Positions 40,409-50,223 of a DNA stretch of 64,000 nt are shown in pieces (the stretch's first letter is position 1; each line of letters starts with the position of its first letter). This DNA comes from a virus. Position numbers and translations under genes: made by a program. The stretch covers positions 45,653 to 109,652 of IMG/VR virus record IMGVR_UViG_3300027754_000055; one strand, given 5' to 3'. The notes below the pieces were generated by a model, which was not told the origin of the DNA, did not search any database, and saw only the letters and a list, made by a program, of their open reading frames with translations.

Positions 40409-42376
40409 ATGACAAAATCGAATATACAGGAACAATTAAAAAAATCTATTAAAGATATAATTAAAACTAGAATATTTTTAACAGAGGCCCCTGTTGATGT
40501 GTGGTTGCGTAACAAGGCGAAAAAAGAGCCAACACCAGTTTCCAAAGAGGAAGCTGAGCCTATATTTAAAAAATTTGAAAAATATAAATCATATTTCACG
40601 ATATTAGATTCGACACAGTATTCTTTTTCCGAATTGAAATTTAGCGTATTATCTGCCGAAATGCTTGAAGAATTTAGGATAAAAGCAACCAGCGGAAAAC
40701 ATATAATACAATGGTTTCTTACACGGATTAAAGAAATACCAAATCTATCATGGAGATCCATTCAAGAAGACTATCTACCGTTACTAAAATTATATATTAA
40801 AAATACCTCCATGCTGAAGCCTTTAGAAGAATATAAATCATTGTCTGATTTACATTATGATATTGATAGTAAAAAGACAACAATCACTAAAGAAGCATCT
40901 AGTGAGGAGAAAGATGTTTTTTATCGTGAAAACGGTTGGGAATTGGCAATGCCCCATACAACAGAGGCCAGTTGTGATTTAGGTGCTGGCACAACTTGGT
41001 GCACGGCAAGAAAAGGTGAAGGGGAGCAGAATCTATTTCTTAATTATGTCGGTATGCCAAGCAGTAGGACTGTACTGTTTTATGTTTTGAAAACAGATTC
41101 TGACCCAATCAAAAATCCATGGAGCAAACTTTCTGTTGGGTTTATAAATGGTGAGCCTGCTTTTGATCGAGGATTTGGAACAGAAACTGTAAATGCGGCC
41201 AATGAGAGTTTGACCGAAGATAAATTTTTTAAGCTATTAGGAACGCCGACAGCAATAAATTTCTTAGAGAAAATGAAAGAACGGATAAACCAGATATCTG
41301 GCAAGCATCCTGCTTCCAAAGAATGGGAAGTATTGGCGCAAAATCCTGAAAAATTAAAACAAAAGATGGATAGCTTCCGTAAGCCAGAACTTCTTGAAGA
41401 CTTTTTACGAAATATATTATCAGTTAAAACAATAACACCAGAAGTTTTATCTTTGCTAGCATCTAATAAAAATAGTTATGTACGTGAACGAGTGGCGGCA
41501 AATGAAAATACATCTACAAAAACACTACAACAACTTTCAACAGACGATGAATACAATGTTCGCTCACGAGTAGCCCTCAATATAAAAACATCGTCCCAAA
41601 TTCTAATTGAACTCGCCAGAGATCCACGAGAAATTGTTTCTACTCAATTATTTTTTAATAATAATACGCCCACTGAAGCTTTAAGGATTATTATAAGCAA
41701 GCACGGAATTGATGATATGCAAACAACACTGGCTGCTCATCCAAATGCACCAACTGATGTATTGGCCGTTTTATCAAATAGCTCTAACGCTTTTGTGCGT
41801 GCCGCCGTTGCAGGTAATTCAAACACGGATAGTATTACATTGGATAAATTATTAATAGACAAACACTCGATGGTTTTTCAAGCAGCACGAAATAATAAAA
41901 ATTTGTCACTTGATACACTGGAAAAATTAGCGCTGAGTAAAGAATGGAAAATGCGTAAAATAGCAGCCGGTAGTCAACTAATTAATCCAAATACGTTAAC
42001 AAGACTATCTAAAGATAATATTGTCGATGTGCTGCTGAGTGTTGCAAGAAATAGCAAAACACCATATCAGACATTATTAGAACTTTCAGAACATCCAGAA
42101 GAAGAAGTCAGAATTAATGTAGCCTATAACAAAAAAGCCTCGCCAGATATTTTAAAAAAATTATCAGACGATAGCGATAAAGATGTATTAGTGGGTGTTG
42201 CAAGCAATCTTAATACACCTCTGGAAATTTTAAATTTGTTATCATCTAGCCCTGATAAAATCACTTCTAATGCAGCAAAATTAACAATTAAGGAGTTAGA
42301 AAAAGTTGTAATAACAGAATCAATTATATTAAATAATATAATTCAAAAACTATCACGAGTTTCCAGCAGACTCTAA
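40409..42376 (+). CDS. probable virion protein with C-terminal HEAT/LRV repeats
   Basis: About 24-aa repeats VRxxVAxNxNTPxxxLxxL; central EASCDLGAGTTWCTA motif; TATTTA-N5-ATG. Confidence 0.75.
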   Translation: MTKSNIQEQLKKSIKDIIKTRIFLTEAPVDVWLRNKAKKEPTPVSKEEAEPIFKKFEKYKSYFTILDSTQYSFSELKFSVLSAEMLEEFRIKATSGKHIIQWFLTRIKEIPNLSWRSIQEDYLPLLKLYIKNTSMLKPLEEYKSLSDLHYDIDSKKTTITKEASSEEKDVFYRENGWELAMPHTTEASCDLGAGTTWCTARKGEGEQNLFLNYVGMPSSRTVLFYVLKTDSDPIKNPWSKLSVGFINGEPAFDRGFGTETVNAANESLTEDKFFKLLGTPTAINFLEKMKERINQISGKHPASKEWEVLAQNPEKLKQKMDSFRKPELLEDFLRNILSVKTITPEVLSLLASNKNSYVRERVAANENTSTKTLQQLSTDDEYNVRSRVALNIKTSSQILIELARDPREIVSTQLFFNNNTPTEALRIIISKHGIDDMQTTLAAHPNAPTDVLAVLSNSSNAFVRAAVAGNSNTDSITLDKLLIDKHSMVFQAARNNKNLSLDTLEKLALSKEWKMRKIAAGSQLINPNTLTRLSKDNIVDVLLSVARNSKTPYQTLLELSEHPEEEVRINVAYNKKASPDILKKLSDDSDKDVLVGVASNLNTPLEILNLLSSSPDKITSNAAKLTIKELEKVVITESIILNNIIQKLSRVSSRL

Positions 42377-43159
42377 TATCTCTGCCATTTTAGAGTAAAG
42401 CACAGTGGGATCATTGTTAGATAATCCGGCACGCTGACCGTCTGATATCTCAATAACAATCCATGATCCATCTGCCGTTTTAGCTACATCAAGTGTGTAA
42501 AATCTAATTTGATCACCAATACGCATAATAGCTTCTTCCAAGAAATCTTTTGGGATTTGATCCGCAGAAGTCGGTTTCGCATCACAATCTTCCATCACCC
42601 AATAAAATCCAGTAGATAATACCTTGCCATCCAAAACAAAAATACGATATTCGGTTGAAATAGGGCATGATTGACCGTCCCATGATAACCTCTCAAGCGG
42701 TACATATTCTCTGGCCACAATATCTTGACCCTCAAATCGTGAATCCGCATTCATGGAAATCATTAAATCAATTGCTGCCCTCTTGTTTTCAGCAAACATC
42801 TTTTTCCAGCAGCTTTTGTCTGCCTTGGAACCTTTAAGAATAAAGGATGTATTTTCTGGTAAAGTAGAGAAATCTGTATAAGTTTTAGGAGTTAATTCCT
42901 GTAGATCCCATGACCATGATGGACAGCTATCTGCATAAACATATTCACGCAATCCATTTAATAGGACTCCACCAAGACGTTTTACATCACGCTGAACACG
43001 TTTAGGCCAAGGCCACATCGTATGGCGGGCAATTACCAAATCGCCATCCTGGATATCCAATATTGACTCTGTAATCACCCATGAGGTATGATTTTTAACA
43101 GCTTCCAATTCTCCGTCATCAAGGATAGATGGATCATGCAAAAATATAATTTTAGCCAT
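42353..43159 (-). CDS. ATP-grasp protein (R2K/DUF4343-like)
   Basis: VAREYVPL, EYRIFVLDG, FYTLDVA..WIVIEISDGQRAGL. Confidence 0.8.
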   Translation of the reverse strand: MAKIIFLHDPSILDDGELEAVKNHTSWVITESILDIQDGDLVIARHTMWPWPKRVQRDVKRLGGVLLNGLREYVYADSCPSWSWDLQELTPKTYTDFSTLPENTSFILKGSKADKSCWKKMFAENKRAAIDLMISMNADSRFEGQDIVAREYVPLERLSWDGQSCPISTEYRIFVLDGKVLSTGFYWVMEDCDAKPTSADQIPKDFLEEAIMRIGDQIRFYTLDVAKTADGSWIVIEISDGQRAGLSNNDPTVLYSKMAEILESAGNS

Positions 43160-43160
43160 T

Positions 43161-43997
43161 TCACTGCAACTCCGGTTCTTCTGCGTTAAAAACAACATCA
43201 ATAGGATTTTTACAATATCTTACCGTCGCAGACTTAAGAACAAACAATTCATTTCGTTCAAAAGTAGCACCGGAACTAGCAAATCTAGCTTGATGTTTTT
43301 CTGGTAATAATTCCAACTCTTCTGTGGTGAATGGCTTCTTTACTAGCCTTCGCTGAATAGCCGTGCCATATTTTTGATTCTCGGATAGAGATTCCCAAGA
43401 ATGTTTTTCTGCGGCAACGATCATGTTACGCTGTTCATAATCACTCTTTCCATGTAACTCATTTGAACTAAAAAATGACCTTGCATAAGCTTGAACGGAA
43501 TTCTTTGAAGCGTCCTGTTCACGCCATGATACTGCTATACATGCATCGCCCATAGAAGGAACATTGAATACACGACAATCAAATGTAGCATGCTTTTTAC
43601 CATTGAAAACAGCACAACCAGATTTTTCTAATAAGCTATTAAATGTAATACTAGCAAATGCCGCAAGACAACTTACTAATTTTTGAACACGACCACCAAA
43701 AATAAGCTGACCACCGTTTTCTACATCTGGATGTAGTACAAGAGTAATCTCATCCGATTGCGTATAGCCATAACATGCGCCAGATTCTTGAATTAGAGCT
43801 TTTGTCGTGTCTATAAAAGCTTTGTGCAATACAGTGTCAAATGGTCGATGAAAATTTTTTGTAAAAGTATGAAATGCTCTTCCATCAAGACGAATGACTA
43901 CGGGCAATTTCGCATCCAATAAATGCTCTGCGCTCTTTTCCCATTTCTTAACCTCATCACCAAGAGGATCTTTACTGATAATTTTAATTTCTTCCAT
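43161..43997 (-). CDS. tRNA(His) guanylyltransferase Thg1-like protein
   Basis: VIRLDGRAFHTFT, YTQSDEI, GGRVQKLVS, FDCR, WREQDASKNS. Confidence 0.92.
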   Translation of the reverse strand: MEEIKIISKDPLGDEVKKWEKSAEHLLDAKLPVVIRLDGRAFHTFTKNFHRPFDTVLHKAFIDTTKALIQESGACYGYTQSDEITLVLHPDVENGGQLIFGGRVQKLVSCLAAFASITFNSLLEKSGCAVFNGKKHATFDCRVFNVPSMGDACIAVSWREQDASKNSVQAYARSFFSSNELHGKSDYEQRNMIVAAEKHSWESLSENQKYGTAIQRRLVKKPFTTEELELLPEKHQARFASSGATFERNELFVLKSATVRYCKNPIDVVFNAEEPELQ

Positions 43998-44020
43998 TTT
44001 TAATCTCCATTATTTCCAAA

Positions 44021-44590
44021 TCAATATAAATCATATAATTTAGCTAATGATTCGTAGAATATCTTCCTACAATCTAATGCATCCTTTAGTGCCGAATGAG
44101 CATTGACCTTATCTAATCCGTGATAATCACGCATTGAATCCATTGAAAGATTTTGCTCACCATCAAGGCCCCATGCCAAATACGAAGAAGTTGTTGTGTC
44201 AATTGCATATCTTAGAAAGGTAGGTTTTATGCCAAGCACTGCATATTCTGCGGCAATAAAACCTAAATCAAAATTAGGATTCTGGCCAATGATCTTTCCA
44301 AAAGACAATAAAGAATATAATTCATCAGCAATACTGACAAAAGAAACAGCTTCCTTGTCCCATACTTGTTGCAAATAACCATTAACTCCCAAAGCGATTG
44401 GGTCTGCTTCCACAATATTTTTTGGTATAATCTTCCTACACCATTCTTCAACAATAATACCAGGAGCATTATAAGGAGCCTCAATAAGTTCCTTAATAAC
44501 AGCAATCTCTAGAATTTCATGTCGATTGCAATCAAGCCCAGTAGTCTCAATATCCAGAAATATACGATATTTTTTATTTTTAATAATCAT
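44021..44590 (-). CDS. DEDDh 3'-5' exonuclease (DnaQ-like)
   Basis: FLDIETTG, GQNPNFDLGF, IDT, HSALKD. Confidence 0.9.
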   Translation of the reverse strand: MIIKNKKYRIFLDIETTGLDCNRHEILEIAVIKELIEAPYNAPGIIVEEWCRKIIPKNIVEADPIALGVNGYLQQVWDKEAVSFVSIADELYSLLSFGKIIGQNPNFDLGFIAAEYAVLGIKPTFLRYAIDTTTSSYLAWGLDGEQNLSMDSMRDYHGLDKVNAHSALKDALDCRKIFYESLAKLYDLY

Positions 44591-44752
44591 TGATAATTCC
44601 TTTCATGGATAGAAACTCCCCTTGATACAGGCACAAGCAAGGGGCTAACTTGCTTCGAAAACAAAAGAACGAGGTCGCTGCGCTTTAGATTATCTTTTGT
44701 CCGCCACAGATGACATCCTACATGTTAGCATTTAATTTGTAAAGACAATAAA

Positions 44753-45139
44753 TTAGTGAATTAATTCTTGCAGTAAAGCTTGCTCACGAAAATAAGTGTA
44801 GCCAAGACATACACAATCAGGAGCAAACCAATGGCCATCCATTATTATCTCACTCCGAATCCATAGTTTGATCTCACCACTTTGAGATATATCCATAAGC
44901 AGAACATCACGCATTGCAGTTGTTTCATTGGTCGCAGCAACTATATGACCAACTCTAGAACGCCGTTCTAAAATCCTCCATCCCAAGGATATTAGACGAT
45001 TGCGAATACTTGTGGTCATATGATTCTGAGACCTGTTGTGAATTTCAATGTGGGTTCGATAAGATGGCGGCTCAGAAGAAAATAATAAGCATCCAGAAAA
45101 AAATAATATCAAACAAATCAACAATATGCGATTTATCAT
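44753..45139 (-). CDS. putative lipoprotein
   Basis: Hydrophobic signal ending in a lipobox-like FSGC. Confidence 0.6.
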   Translation of the reverse strand: MINRILLICLILFFSGCLLFSSEPPSYRTHIEIHNRSQNHMTTSIRNRLISLGWRILERRSRVGHIVAATNETTAMRDVLLMDISQSGEIKLWIRSEIIMDGHWFAPDCVCLGYTYFREQALLQELIH

Positions 45140-45161
45140 TAATTTTTTGTGCTCATTGATT

Positions 45162-46207
45162 TTATTCTTTGTTTATAGATCGTGCTTTTGCCCAGTAGCC
45201 CCGTGGCGGTTTGGATATATTATAACTTTTACACCATTTCTCCACAGCTTTATCTGATACATTATATTCCTTTGCGATTTGAATCGTTGGTTTTTCCCAG
45301 ATTAATTTTTCTAATTGATCCTTTGTTGGTCTTTCGATTTTTCTTGCGCTGTTATGAGAGCAATCATAAGAACAATATTTATAATCATGTAATGTTTTTC
45401 TTGCAAAGGGTTTATTACACTTTAAACAAGTAAAAAAATATTCTTTTATCATTTTTTTATTATTTTCTGTTAAATTCAACAGTAATACTTTTTTCTTTTT
45501 TCTTTTTAATGGCTTACATTTTTTACAGTATTTATGTGCTGATGATAGCAACATAAATTTTTCATTGCAAATGATACAGTTTTTTTCATTTTCTAATTTT
45601 ATAAATTTTATATTATTGCAAATAGGTTTTGTTTTTAGAAAGGAAATTAGCTCAGTAATTTTTTTTTATTAAAGATCCAAATATATTTTATCTCTAATAC
45701 ATCCCACCCTTGTTTGATAAATTCTTCTCTTCTTTTTAGACAATAGGGTTTTAGATTCTCTGTGCCTGATTCATAGTGTTGGTTTCCATTTACTTCTATT
45801 ATTAGATTAAATTGAGGAAAAACTATGTCTGGTGAGAAAAATCTATCAGGAATTAAATTAGGAATTTCTTCTTGGAAGAAAATACCTTCTTCTAATAGTT
45901 TTTGTTTTAATTTTTCACAGGGTATAGATTTATTATACTTATGATATTTCCATGGATGTTTATCAGGATTTTCTTTTAGAAATTTTTTTCTTTTATTTGA
46001 TATGATCGCTCTAATTTCGGCTGTGTAAATAGGTCTAGAAATAAAATGAGATGTATCTAAATTTAATTTTTTTATACATTCAGTACAGCTTTTTCTTGCA
46101 GAACTCGCAGTTTTATTATAACCGAATTTATTTAAAACATCAATATAAGAAATTGATGAAGCTACGGCTTCACGTAATTTGGTTTCTTCGAAAATATATT
46201 TTTTCAT
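45162..46207 (-). CDS. DUF559/Vsr-like PD-(D/E)XK homing-type endonuclease with C-terminal Zn/HTH domains, split by a frameshift at an A9 run
   Basis: FSPDIVF..IIEVNGNQH in 45647-46207; one extra A at 45659-45667 fuses it in frame to 45162-45554 (CxxC, YCSYDC, IAKEYNVSDKAVEKWCK). Confidence 0.75.
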
Positions 46208-46247
46208 ATTAATATATAGGTTCGAATCTATAATTTTGATATTTTTG

Positions 46248-46320
46248 TACGCCCAGTAGGAGTCGAACCTACATAATACTGCTTAGAAGGCAGTTGCCTT
46301 AGCCATTAGACTATGGGCGC
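46248..46320 (-). tRNA. tRNA-Arg(UCU)
   Basis: GCGCCCA/TGGGCGT acceptor, ACTGC-CTTCTAA-GCAGT anticodon arm, GTAGG-TTCGACT-CCTAC T arm; CCA not encoded; upstream TTGACA-N17-TATAGT promoter. Confidence 0.93.
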
Positions 46321-46606
46321 AATCACTATCAGTGACAAGAGTTACTATAGCTGATAGTTACCCAGATGTCAAACTGTTCTTTGTTTTTTAAATTTATTGA
46401 CGATGGACGGAATTAATATTATGGCCTATCGTTCTTTCAGTAAAATAAAACAATATACAATGACTAATAAAACATGAAGAGAAAGAGCAAAGAGAAGTAT
46501 TAGGTCATCTTTGTCTTTTAATTTCTTCATTTTTCTTTACCGAGAGAAAAATAAAAGGACACAACTAACACGATTGAAAGCAATATCCATTTAATATTTG
46601 ACATAA

Positions 46607-47833
46607 TTATTTTTTATCTTTTTTTGCTAATTTTGCTAATTTATCGAATAGTTTAGTTTGCATGATAACATCAAATTTTTGTGGTTTGCCATTATCATAT
46701 GGGATATAATTTTCTTCTGGCTCAAGTGGTTCTATTTCTTTTAGATCACGTTCTTCTGTGCCATGATCAAATTTCTTAACAATAGAAGCAAAACCGCCTG
46801 TTCCATATGGTTTTTCAGGCATTTTTTTATCTAATTCTGCTGGTAGATAATCCACTAATTTTCTTTTGGTTGATTCTTTATCGGATTTTGACATTTTAAT
46901 TTCCTTTGATTCGTTTCGGTAGTAGCCGGGGCCTGAACCTTTTTTATAAATATCGACTGATCCAGGGACATGTTTTACTGGATGAGCCACAGTACCCATA
47001 AATCCGGCACGTGTTGGTACATCATCTTCTTCGTCTAATTCTTTTTTATAGTCTGTTTGCCCGAATTCTTTTTTTATCCAATTCACAGGATTCACCAAAT
47101 GGTTAAACACGACATCACGGTTAGTTTGGCCTCTGTCTGTGGGGGTTGTTTCTTTCCAGCGGTTCAATGTTTTATTTCTTTTTTGAGTAAGTTTCAGATT
47201 GTTATCTGTAATTTCATCATCCATTGGATCATACATGCTGGTATCTTTTGAGTTTAGGCTCATGTTTAGCTCTTCTGGTTTGTCATAATGCCCATGACCA
47301 AAAGGCTCTCCACGCACGGCTTCACGTCCACCGGGAAGCAATTGTGGTACATTATATCTTTCTTCTTCTGGCGCATCAGGATCTCTATCTTCGTCTTCAT
47401 CATCTGGTATATGCTCTATTGGATTAGATAAAGTATTCATTGCGGGAAACCCTTGTAAATCTCTATAGTTTCCATCTGATGGTCCACGCTCAGTGACATA
47501 ATAATACGAAGGTTCTATATCATTTTCTGGATCTAGCAGTTGGTCACGAACTTCGTCTTGTCCTGGCAAAAGGTGAGGACGATCATCATATACTTCGGAT
47601 GATTCCAATGAATCATTTTCATCACGATCCGATCCTTTTTGAGCACGCACAGCAGGCCACATAGAAGGCTCATTAGGGAGGTCTTCTTCTGGATCGACCA
47701 ATCCCGGCCAGATCTCCGAATCTGCCAGCTGATGCCTATTGCCGAAGCCGTAAGCGCCACCTTGGAACGTACCTGCGCCAGAGAAGTCGCCAGAATTTTC
47801 TTTATATAATAATTTGCTAAGTTTTAATGACAT
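46607..47833 (-). CDS. acidic, likely disordered protein (probable virion/internal protein)
   Basis: D/E/P-rich; TATTTA-N5-ATG; starts MSLKLSKLLYKE. Confidence 0.7.
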   Translation of the reverse strand: MSLKLSKLLYKENSGDFSGAGTFQGGAYGFGNRHQLADSEIWPGLVDPEEDLPNEPSMWPAVRAQKGSDRDENDSLESSEVYDDRPHLLPGQDEVRDQLLDPENDIEPSYYYVTERGPSDGNYRDLQGFPAMNTLSNPIEHIPDDEDEDRDPDAPEEERYNVPQLLPGGREAVRGEPFGHGHYDKPEELNMSLNSKDTSMYDPMDDEITDNNLKLTQKRNKTLNRWKETTPTDRGQTNRDVVFNHLVNPVNWIKKEFGQTDYKKELDEEDDVPTRAGFMGTVAHPVKHVPGSVDIYKKGSGPGYYRNESKEIKMSKSDKESTKRKLVDYLPAELDKKMPEKPYGTGGFASIVKKFDHGTEERDLKEIEPLEPEENYIPYDNGKPQKFDVIMQTKLFDKLAKLAKKDKK

Positions 47834-47872
47834 ATGTTTAAATATGCCAATTGTTGAGGAATGTAATGGTTT

Positions 47873-48049
47873 TTATATTTTAAAATTTTCTTCAAGAACA
47901 CCTTGTTCAAATCCAAAATCTAAAATTACTAGTTCTCCACTATTTCTCACTCCCCAATTATCTGGCCTTAGATCATGTGCAGAAATTTTGCATCCGATCA
48001 GTAGCTTGTCAATTGCTTGCAGGCTTTTCCCGTGAGCGAACTGCTCATA
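47873..48049 (-). pseudogene. C-terminal fragment of a protein kinase-like gene
   Basis: Startless frame YEQFAHGKSLQAIDKLLIGCKISAHDLRPDNWGVRNSGELVILDFGFEQG..., containing the catalytic loop HDLxxxN and DFG. Confidence 0.6.
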
Positions 48050-48081
48050 AAAATAAAAAAATCCTATATTTATAAAAAAAT

Positions 48082-48387
48082 ATGAAAACTAATTTTAAAA
48101 AAGATTTGAAAACAATCATCAAACAAATTTTGTTGGAGATAGGTTTGCAAGGTATGATACAACTTTCTGCTTTTGATAAAAATATTCAAGCTAATATGCT
48201 AGCTGCAATTGAACCGTATAAAACCACAGACCCAGAAAAATATAAAAACCTTAAAGGATTAATAGATAAAGATGTTGTTGAAGAACTTCTAAAAAAAGTC
48301 GATGACGCCAATAAACCAACCGCAACATTGCCACCCGCCGCAAGAAGTGATGCTCAACGAGCGGAAATGCGAAAATGGAATAGATAA
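48082..48387 (+). CDS. small protein with a virion-type N-terminus
   Basis: LKTIIKQILLE; TATTTA at 48067-48072. Confidence 0.65.
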   Translation: MKTNFKKDLKTIIKQILLEIGLQGMIQLSAFDKNIQANMLAAIEPYKTTDPEKYKNLKGLIDKDVVEELLKKVDDANKPTATLPPAARSDAQRAEMRKWNR

Positions 48388-48619
48388 GTTGACTTTATTA
48401 TATTTGAATGCGGTAGGTATTTTTGGTATTTCAATAACTTTTTGATCATCAGTGCCACAGACGACTCTTCAAGAATTTTCTCCAATTGGTTTAAATCTAA
48501 AATTTTATTACATGAGCAAAAAACCCACGGGTTCATCCTGTGAGTAGTTCGCTTGGAAACAACCAATCTCGTATGTTTGCGAACATACTATCTTCATAAA
48601 GGATATTGACTAGTGACAT
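48354..48619 (-). pseudogene. hypothetical gene interrupted by a 44-bp IS remnant
   Basis: Removing 48509-48552 restores MSLVNILYEDSMFANIRDWLFP-N-KILDLNQLEK... Confidence 0.6.
48509..48552 (+). mobile_element. 44-bp single-hairpin left-end/right-end hybrid of the IS200/IS605 family
   Basis: TTTAT|TACATGAGCAAAAAACCCACGGGTTCATCCTGTGAGTAGTTCGC: left-end start joined to right-end tail through one hairpin. Confidence 0.75.
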
Positions 48620-48644
48620 TGTGATGGTTAGATTTAGAATGATA

Positions 48645-48887
48645 TTATTTGATACGACTATATTTATTTTTCCTTATAACCGTGCTAAAATAAGCTCCAG
48701 CAGAATTGGATGTCACTAATTCGTCATATGTTTCTTTGTTTATTCCGTGATATGAATATTGGGTTCCGTTTTGGAATGTTAACTCTAGAATATTCATCAG
48801 TGTGTCATATTTCGCAAATGCTAAATTTGAAGAATTTACAAAAGTATGCAATAGGTAACGTTCTTGATTTAGAAATGTAGTTTCCAT
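48645..48887 (-). CDS. KTSC domain protein
   Basis: VNSSNL..YD..LELTFQNGTQYSY..YDELVTSNSAGAYF..IR. Confidence 0.88.
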   Translation of the reverse strand: METTFLNQERYLLHTFVNSSNLAFAKYDTLMNILELTFQNGTQYSYHGINKETYDELVTSNSAGAYFSTVIRKNKYSRIK

Positions 48888-48931
48888 TTTATCTCCTAGT
48901 TAGTTTTATATATAATAAAATAAGGTACAAT

Positions 48932-49267
48932 ATGAAAAAAGGCAGTTTATGCTTTATAAAAAACAAAAAGAATGCATTGAATCCTTATGTGGTTGTTTAT
49001 TCTGATATTGACGAAGTGCTAAAACAAAGAAATAAAAATAATTCTTGGCTACCGTGCATGACAACTTCCGCTAATATAAAGAAATTTTTACCTACAAAGC
49101 AAAGAGTATTGCTTAAATCTTTAGAGGAAACATTTTTATTAATTGAAGAACTAAAAGATGATAATGGAAGTTTTTATTATCATTGTCTATATAATGACAG
49201 TTGCGGCTGGATTATTGGAAGTAAAAAGAATTTTACAATAGAAGAGAAATCAGATGACAAACACTAG
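48932..49267 (+). CDS. SH3-like paralogue (divergent)
   Basis: MKKGSLCF ... FLLIEE..YHCLYNDSCGWI. Confidence 0.55.
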   Translation: MKKGSLCFIKNKKNALNPYVVVYSDIDEVLKQRNKNNSWLPCMTTSANIKKFLPTKQRVLLKSLEETFLLIEELKDDNGSFYYHCLYNDSCGWIIGSKKNFTIEEKSDDKH

Positions 49268-49433
49268 AGCATTACAAAGATTAATTGAAAGAATGGAAGA
49301 GTTTCTTGACGAATATAAGACAGAATTGGATGCCGACGAGGCTTCTACTGTTGATGATGCCATTTCTGTTATAGATCGTATAAAAACAGATTTGGAATCC
49401 GGTAACGATGAAGAGGATGACGATTACAAATAA
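49254..49433 (+). CDS. small acidic protein (59 aa, below the track cutoff)
   Basis: MTNTRALQRLIERMEEFLDEY...DEEDDDYK. Confidence 0.55.
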   Translation: MTNTRALQRLIERMEEFLDEYKTELDADEASTVDDAISVIDRIKTDLESGNDEEDDDYK

Positions 49434-49436
49434 TTT

Positions 49437-50111
49437 TTAATTCGATTTTATTATTTCAAACGGCCTATTGATATCGAGCCTGACTTGATAAGCCTTGTTT
49501 CCGCTCAGAACTGTTATTTTCTTATTCGTCCAGCTGCACGTACTGTAAAATTTTTTTCTTTTTAATATTTTTATATTTGTCACAATAGCCTGAGTTTTAC
49601 TAAAAACAATCAAATCACCAGATTCAATTTCATTATGCTGTTCTACTATTTCGATTGGAATAATATGTTTCAGCTTATAAAACCAAGTTATATTTGTTTT
49701 TTGAGTTGATTCCCAAGGTTCATAAGTTTCTTTTGTATCATGATTATATTTTTTAAATATTTCAATTCCTACGGCACGAATATAGAATTTTTTTCTCAAA
49801 GTGAATAGGACTTCGGCTTCTTGTTTGTTGCTTATTAGTTTATATTTTCCATCATGCAGAACAATGAAAGATTTTATTTTTGCAACATAGTTTTCAATAT
49901 CTAAATCTTCAAATAATTCATCTAATTTGATACCATAATTACTGATAATTGTATCTTTTTTATATGACTTAGAAAACATGTCCAAAACAAGAACTTGTTT
50001 CCACCAACTGTGCAGATCGATATGATCAAAATTACAAAGCAAAAATGCTTCTGTTAATATCCTTGGTTTTACTAACCTACCGAAATCATTCAAATCTATC
50101 TTTTTGCTCAT
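49437..50111 (-). CDS. hypothetical protein
   Basis: TACTTA-N6-ATG at 50111. Confidence 0.65.
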   Translation of the reverse strand: MSKKIDLNDFGRLVKPRILTEAFLLCNFDHIDLHSWWKQVLVLDMFSKSYKKDTIISNYGIKLDELFEDLDIENYVAKIKSFIVLHDGKYKLISNKQEAEVLFTLRKKFYIRAVGIEIFKKYNHDTKETYEPWESTQKTNITWFYKLKHIIPIEIVEQHNEIESGDLIVFSKTQAIVTNIKILKRKKFYSTCSWTNKKITVLSGNKAYQVRLDINRPFEIIKSN

Positions 50112-50136
50112 GAATAATAAGTAGCATAAAATAAAA

Positions 50137-50210
50137 AAAGGCAAGTTATAATAACTTGCCTTTAAAAAACTGAAATCAGTTTTTAACCATCTAAAATCTA
50201 TAGATGGTTT
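50137..50210 (-). terminator. terminator hairpin plus two adjacent hairpins
   Basis: AAAGGCAAGTTAT/ATAACTTGCCTTT with an A/T tract, then AAAAACTG/CAGTTTTT and AACCATCTA/TAGATGGTT. Confidence 0.65.
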
Positions 50211-50223
50211 CTAACCATTACCT

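Noticed and set aside
44600-44720. Riboswitch in the leader of the exonuclease gene
   Set aside because: Only one hairpin (CCCCTTG/CAAGGGG) and no recognisable aptamer consensus
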